From positions 2,048,001-2,112,000 of the forward strand of contig CBDCKW010000009.1 of assembly GCA_965218435.1 (NCBI GenBank): 64,000 nt of DNA, in the 5' to 3' direction. How positions within the stretch are numbered: the first letter of the stretch is position 1; each line of letters opens with the position of its first letter. Position numbers and translations under genes: made by a program. Positions 60,887-64,000 of the stretch are shown piece by piece. The notes beneath the pieces were generated by a model, which was given only the letters and a program-made list of their open reading frames with translations, searched no databases and was not told the DNA's origin. This DNA is from Truepera sp. GTDB taxonomy: Bacteria; Deinococcota; Deinococci; Deinococcales; Trueperaceae.

Positions 60887-61989
60887 CCGCGCAGCTGACG
60901 CTCGGCGCACTCGGCGTCCTCGGGGTCGCCGCCGCCAACCCGGACCTTGCAGCAGACCATTTTTGGCGCGTTCTCTTTGCGCTCATCATCACCTTTCTCG
61001 TCGCCCGCCTTTCCCCGCAGCGCGTGGTTAAACTCAGCACCGGCTTCTTTTTGAGTGTGCTGGCGCTGCTCGTCCTCGTATTGTTCGTCGGCATTTCGCC
61101 CGACGGTAGCGAGGCGAACCGCTGGCTCAATTTGGGTTTTTTTACCCTGCAACCTTCGGAACTGATGAAAGTCGCCGTGATCGCCTACCTGACCGCCTTT
61201 TTTCACAACCATTTGAGCAGCTTTCAGGTGTGGCGGCCGCTGCTGATGATCGGTTTCGCCGTCGCGCTCATTATTTTTGAACCCAATATCAGCACCGCTC
61301 TTTTTATCTTTTTGTTGGGACTCGCTATCATGGTCGCCGCCGGGACGACGCTTTGGCGACTTGTCCGGCTCAATCTGCTCGTCGCCGTTTTTGCCATCTT
61401 AATCGTCGCGCCGTTTCTCAACGCGCAGTATCCTTACCTCGCCGCGCGTGTCGGCGCACATTTCGGGACGCTGGGCACGGCTGAATCCGAAGCTCTCAAC
61501 TACCAAGCCGACCGCGCCACCGAGTATCTACGCGGCGCAGGTGTGGTCGGGGTCGGGCCGGGGCAACCTTACTACTTACCGGCCAGGGACACCGATATGA
61601 TCGCTGTTTCCGTCGGGCGCGCCCTCGGGCTCATCGGCACGGCGACGCTTTTTGCGCTCTACTTGCTGATCGCCCTGCGCGGGATTCAGGTCGCCTCGAG
61701 AGTCACCGGTCCCGGTTCACTGTTAGCCATCGGCGCAACGACCTATATCTGTGGGCAGGCAGCACTCAATCTTCTGGTAGCGGCCAAACTCGTGCCGGTG
61801 ACCGGCGTGCCGCTGCCGTTTGTCTCTTACGGCTTTAACAGCCTGATTTCGGTAGCAATGGCGCTGGGCTTTTTGCACGCGGCTTACCGCGCGGCGCGGG
61901 TGCAAGCAGGGGCACAAGCTTCTGCGCCGGTAGCGTCAGCGGTGGAGTCAGCCGAGACCGAGCCACCTTTACGGCGGGTTAAAGCGTGA
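60868..61989 (+). CDS. ftsW: SEDS protein FtsW
   Basis: RWL, QPSELMK, TD, TGVPLPFVSYG. Confidence 0.9.
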   Translation: MDPLLLAAQLTLGALGVLGVAAANPDLAADHFWRVLFALIITFLVARLSPQRVVKLSTGFFLSVLALLVLVLFVGISPDGSEANRWLNLGFFTLQPSELMKVAVIAYLTAFFHNHLSSFQVWRPLLMIGFAVALIIFEPNISTALFIFLLGLAIMVAAGTTLWRLVRLNLLVAVFAILIVAPFLNAQYPYLAARVGAHFGTLGTAESEALNYQADRATEYLRGAGVVGVGPGQPYYLPARDTDMIAVSVGRALGLIGTATLFALYLLIALRGIQVASRVTGPGSLLAIGATTYICGQAALNLLVAAKLVPVTGVPLPFVSYGFNSLISVAMALGFLHAAYRAARVQAGAQASAPVASAVESAETEPPLRRVKA

Positions 61990-63101
61990 GCCTCGTCGTT
62001 TTCGCCACCGGCGGCACCGGCGGCCACATCTACCCGGCCGTCGCAACCGCTCAGGAGCTGGCGCAGCAGGGGGTTGACACCGTCTTTGTAGGCCAAGCGG
62101 GGGGGCTCGAGGCGCGAGCTGTGCCCGCTGCAGGTCTCCCCTTTTACGGCGTGCGGGCAGGCAAGTGGCACCGAGGTCGCCCCGACCCTCGGCAGGCGGT
62201 CCGAGCTGCGCTCGGTTTGCAGGACGCGGTGACGCTGTTACGCCGTCTTCGTCCCGACCTCGTGTTGGGGTTCGGCGGCTTCGCCAGTTTTCCGGCGCTC
62301 GCTGCCGCCAGAACTTTAGGTATTCCTTACGCGCTGCACGAGCAAAACGTCTTTCCCGGCAAAGTCGTGCGCTGGTTTGCCGGGGGCGCACGGTTTATTG
62401 CTGTGGCAGGTTCTGAAACGAACGTCCATCTGGGGGCTAATCCACGCGCCAAGGTCGTCCCGATAGGATTGCCGGTTCGTGAAGTACGCCTAGACAAGGC
62501 CGAAGCGCGTCGCCGGTTGGGGTTACCCGAAACGGGTACGTTGACGCTGGTGATGGGCGGCTCACAGGGCTCCGTCGTCCTCAACCAAGCTGTTCCCAAA
62601 GCGTTTGCGGCGCTGCCCGAGGCGCTTAAAACCGATCTTCAGGTCTTGCACAGCAGTGGTCCGGCGAACTTAGAAGTGACCCGCCGTGCTACTGAGGGCC
62701 TGCCGAACTACCGGGTGGACGCTTACTTGGAGGGCGTGTTAGCGTGGTCTGCGGCTGACCTGGGCGTGACCCGGAGCGGGAACGGCACGCTCGCCGAGGC
62801 TGCGTTTCACGGGGTGCCGCTTGTGATGGTACCGCTGCCGACGGCTGCCGAAAACCATCAGCTTTATAACGCCGAGGCAGTACAGACGGCGGGCGCAGGA
62901 CTCGTCGTTGAGGAACGTTCGCTCGGCACACTCGCCCAAGCTTGGACCGAACTGTTAGATGGGCACACGCGTCAAAAGATGAGTGTCCGAGCGCAGCTGC
63001 GCTCGCCTGAGGGCGCTGCGGCGCGCTTAGCCGAGTTGGTCAACCACACGTTGGAGGCTGCGCCGGAACATAGGCAGAACAGGATGCAGAGAACGTCATG
63101 A
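61986..63101 (+). CDS. murG: Lipid II GlcNAc transferase
   Basis: GGTGGH, HEQN, GGSQGS, HQLYNA. Confidence 0.96.
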   Translation: MSLVVFATGGTGGHIYPAVATAQELAQQGVDTVFVGQAGGLEARAVPAAGLPFYGVRAGKWHRGRPDPRQAVRAALGLQDAVTLLRRLRPDLVLGFGGFASFPALAAARTLGIPYALHEQNVFPGKVVRWFAGGARFIAVAGSETNVHLGANPRAKVVPIGLPVREVRLDKAEARRRLGLPETGTLTLVMGGSQGSVVLNQAVPKAFAALPEALKTDLQVLHSSGPANLEVTRRATEGLPNYRVDAYLEGVLAWSAADLGVTRSGNGTLAEAAFHGVPLVMVPLPTAAENHQLYNAEAVQTAGAGLVVEERSLGTLAQAWTELLDGHTRQKMSVRAQLRSPEGAAARLAELVNHTLEAAPEHRQNRMQRTS

Positions 63102-64000
63102 AACCCCACCTTCACTTTATGGGTATCGCCGGGGTCGGCATGAGCGGGCTGGCCCGCTGGTATTTGGCCGACGGCTACCCGGTATCGGGGTGCGACGCCT
63201 TTGACAGTGCTGAATTGCAGACGCTCCGGCAGCAAGGCGTTGAAGCGTCTTTGGGTCATGACGCGGGCCATGTGGCGCACGCGGACATCTTAGTCAGCAG
63301 TATGGCGGTCCCGACGACGCACCCTGAAATTCAGGCGGCTTTGGCGCAGGGCAAGCCCTCGCTACGCCGTATCGAGCTGTTGGCGCAGCTTTTAGCCACG
63401 CGCCGCAGCGTCGCGGTGACCGGGACGCACGGTAAGAGCACGACCACCGGGATGATCGCCACGCTGTTTCTTAAGGCCAACCTCGACCCCTCGATCCTCG
63501 TCGGCGGACAGCTGACGAGTCTGAGGAGCAACGTCCGGTACGGGCACGGGCCGTGGCTCGTCGCTGAAGTAGACGAGTCCGATCCGGGCTTCGCTGGACT
63601 CTCTGCAGAGATTGCCGTGGTGACCAACTTAGAAGATGACCACATCGCCGGAGAGTTTGACGAGCGGCGTAACTATCACGCGAGCATGGGGGATTTAGAG
63701 GGAGCCGCCCGCACCTTTGCAGGACGCGCAGGGCACGTCTTATACTGCGCCGACTGGTCCGGTCTGGGCGAGACGTTAGGGAATCTCCCGCAAAGTGTCT
63801 CTTACGGGTTTGCCAAGAACGCGACCTACCGCGCCGAAATCTGTGAGCTGACCGGGCAGCGCAGCACCTTTACCTTTTACGCGCCCGGTGAGCAGTGCGA
63901 GGTCAAGCTCCCGGTACCGGGCCGTTACAACGTCCAGAATGCGGCAGCGGCGCTCGGGGCGGCGCACCTGGCGGGGCTCGAGCTAACCTCAGCCGCCGAA
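63098..64000 (+). CDS. murC: UDP-MurNAc:L-Ala ligase, 3'-truncated by the window
   Basis: HFMGIAGVGMSGLA, GTHGKSTTT, EVDESD, TNLEDDH. Confidence 0.95.
   Translation, partial: MKPHLHFMGIAGVGMSGLARWYLADGYPVSGCDAFDSAELQTLRQQGVEASLGHDAGHVAHADILVSSMAVPTTHPEIQAALAQGKPSLRRIELLAQLLATRRSVAVTGTHGKSTTTGMIATLFLKANLDPSILVGGQLTSLRSNVRYGHGPWLVAEVDESDPGFAGLSAEIAVVTNLEDDHIAGEFDERRNYHASMGDLEGAARTFAGRAGHVLYCADWSGLGETLGNLPQSVSYGFAKNATYRAEICELTGQRSTFTFYAPGEQCEVKLPVPGRYNVQNAAAALGAAHLAGLELTSAAE

Overview
Bacterial chromosome segment, most likely Deinococcota (Truepera-like). The evidence is leaderless -10 promoters, a degenerate PriA, a Thermus-type dcw cluster without murE and the protein sequences. Backbone: nagA, a polyol ABC transporter with its dehydrogenase, recA, tal, hisS-aspS-Cof-asnS-crcB, smpB, priA, purM, an OmpR-type two-component system, luxS, ligA, RNase P RNA, and mraZ-rsmH-ftsL-ftsI-murF-mraY-murD-ftsW-murG-murC. 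The main accessory feature is a ~13.6 kb element (7564-21264) integrated in a tRNA(CAT) gene and bounded by a 57-bp direct repeat. It carries a tyrosine integrase, an excisionase-like HTH, a DUF3854 primase-NTPase with an internal iteron/palindrome (candidate origin), a TerS-like protein and a large terminase split into separate ATPase and nuclease genes. No capsid, portal, tail or lysis genes are recognisable, so it is a candidate new type of phage satellite with its own packaging motor. Cargo: a SMODS nucleotidyltransferase + SLATT 2TM pair (CBASS-like), an unknown 2TM-GAF-like + partner pair, and a repressor/antitoxin-RelE module coupled to the integrase. Two more decayed integrases show repeated use of this site. 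The palindrome CTCGAG is about 6x over-represented across the window (manual count). All family calls are by motif recognition; no database searches were run.
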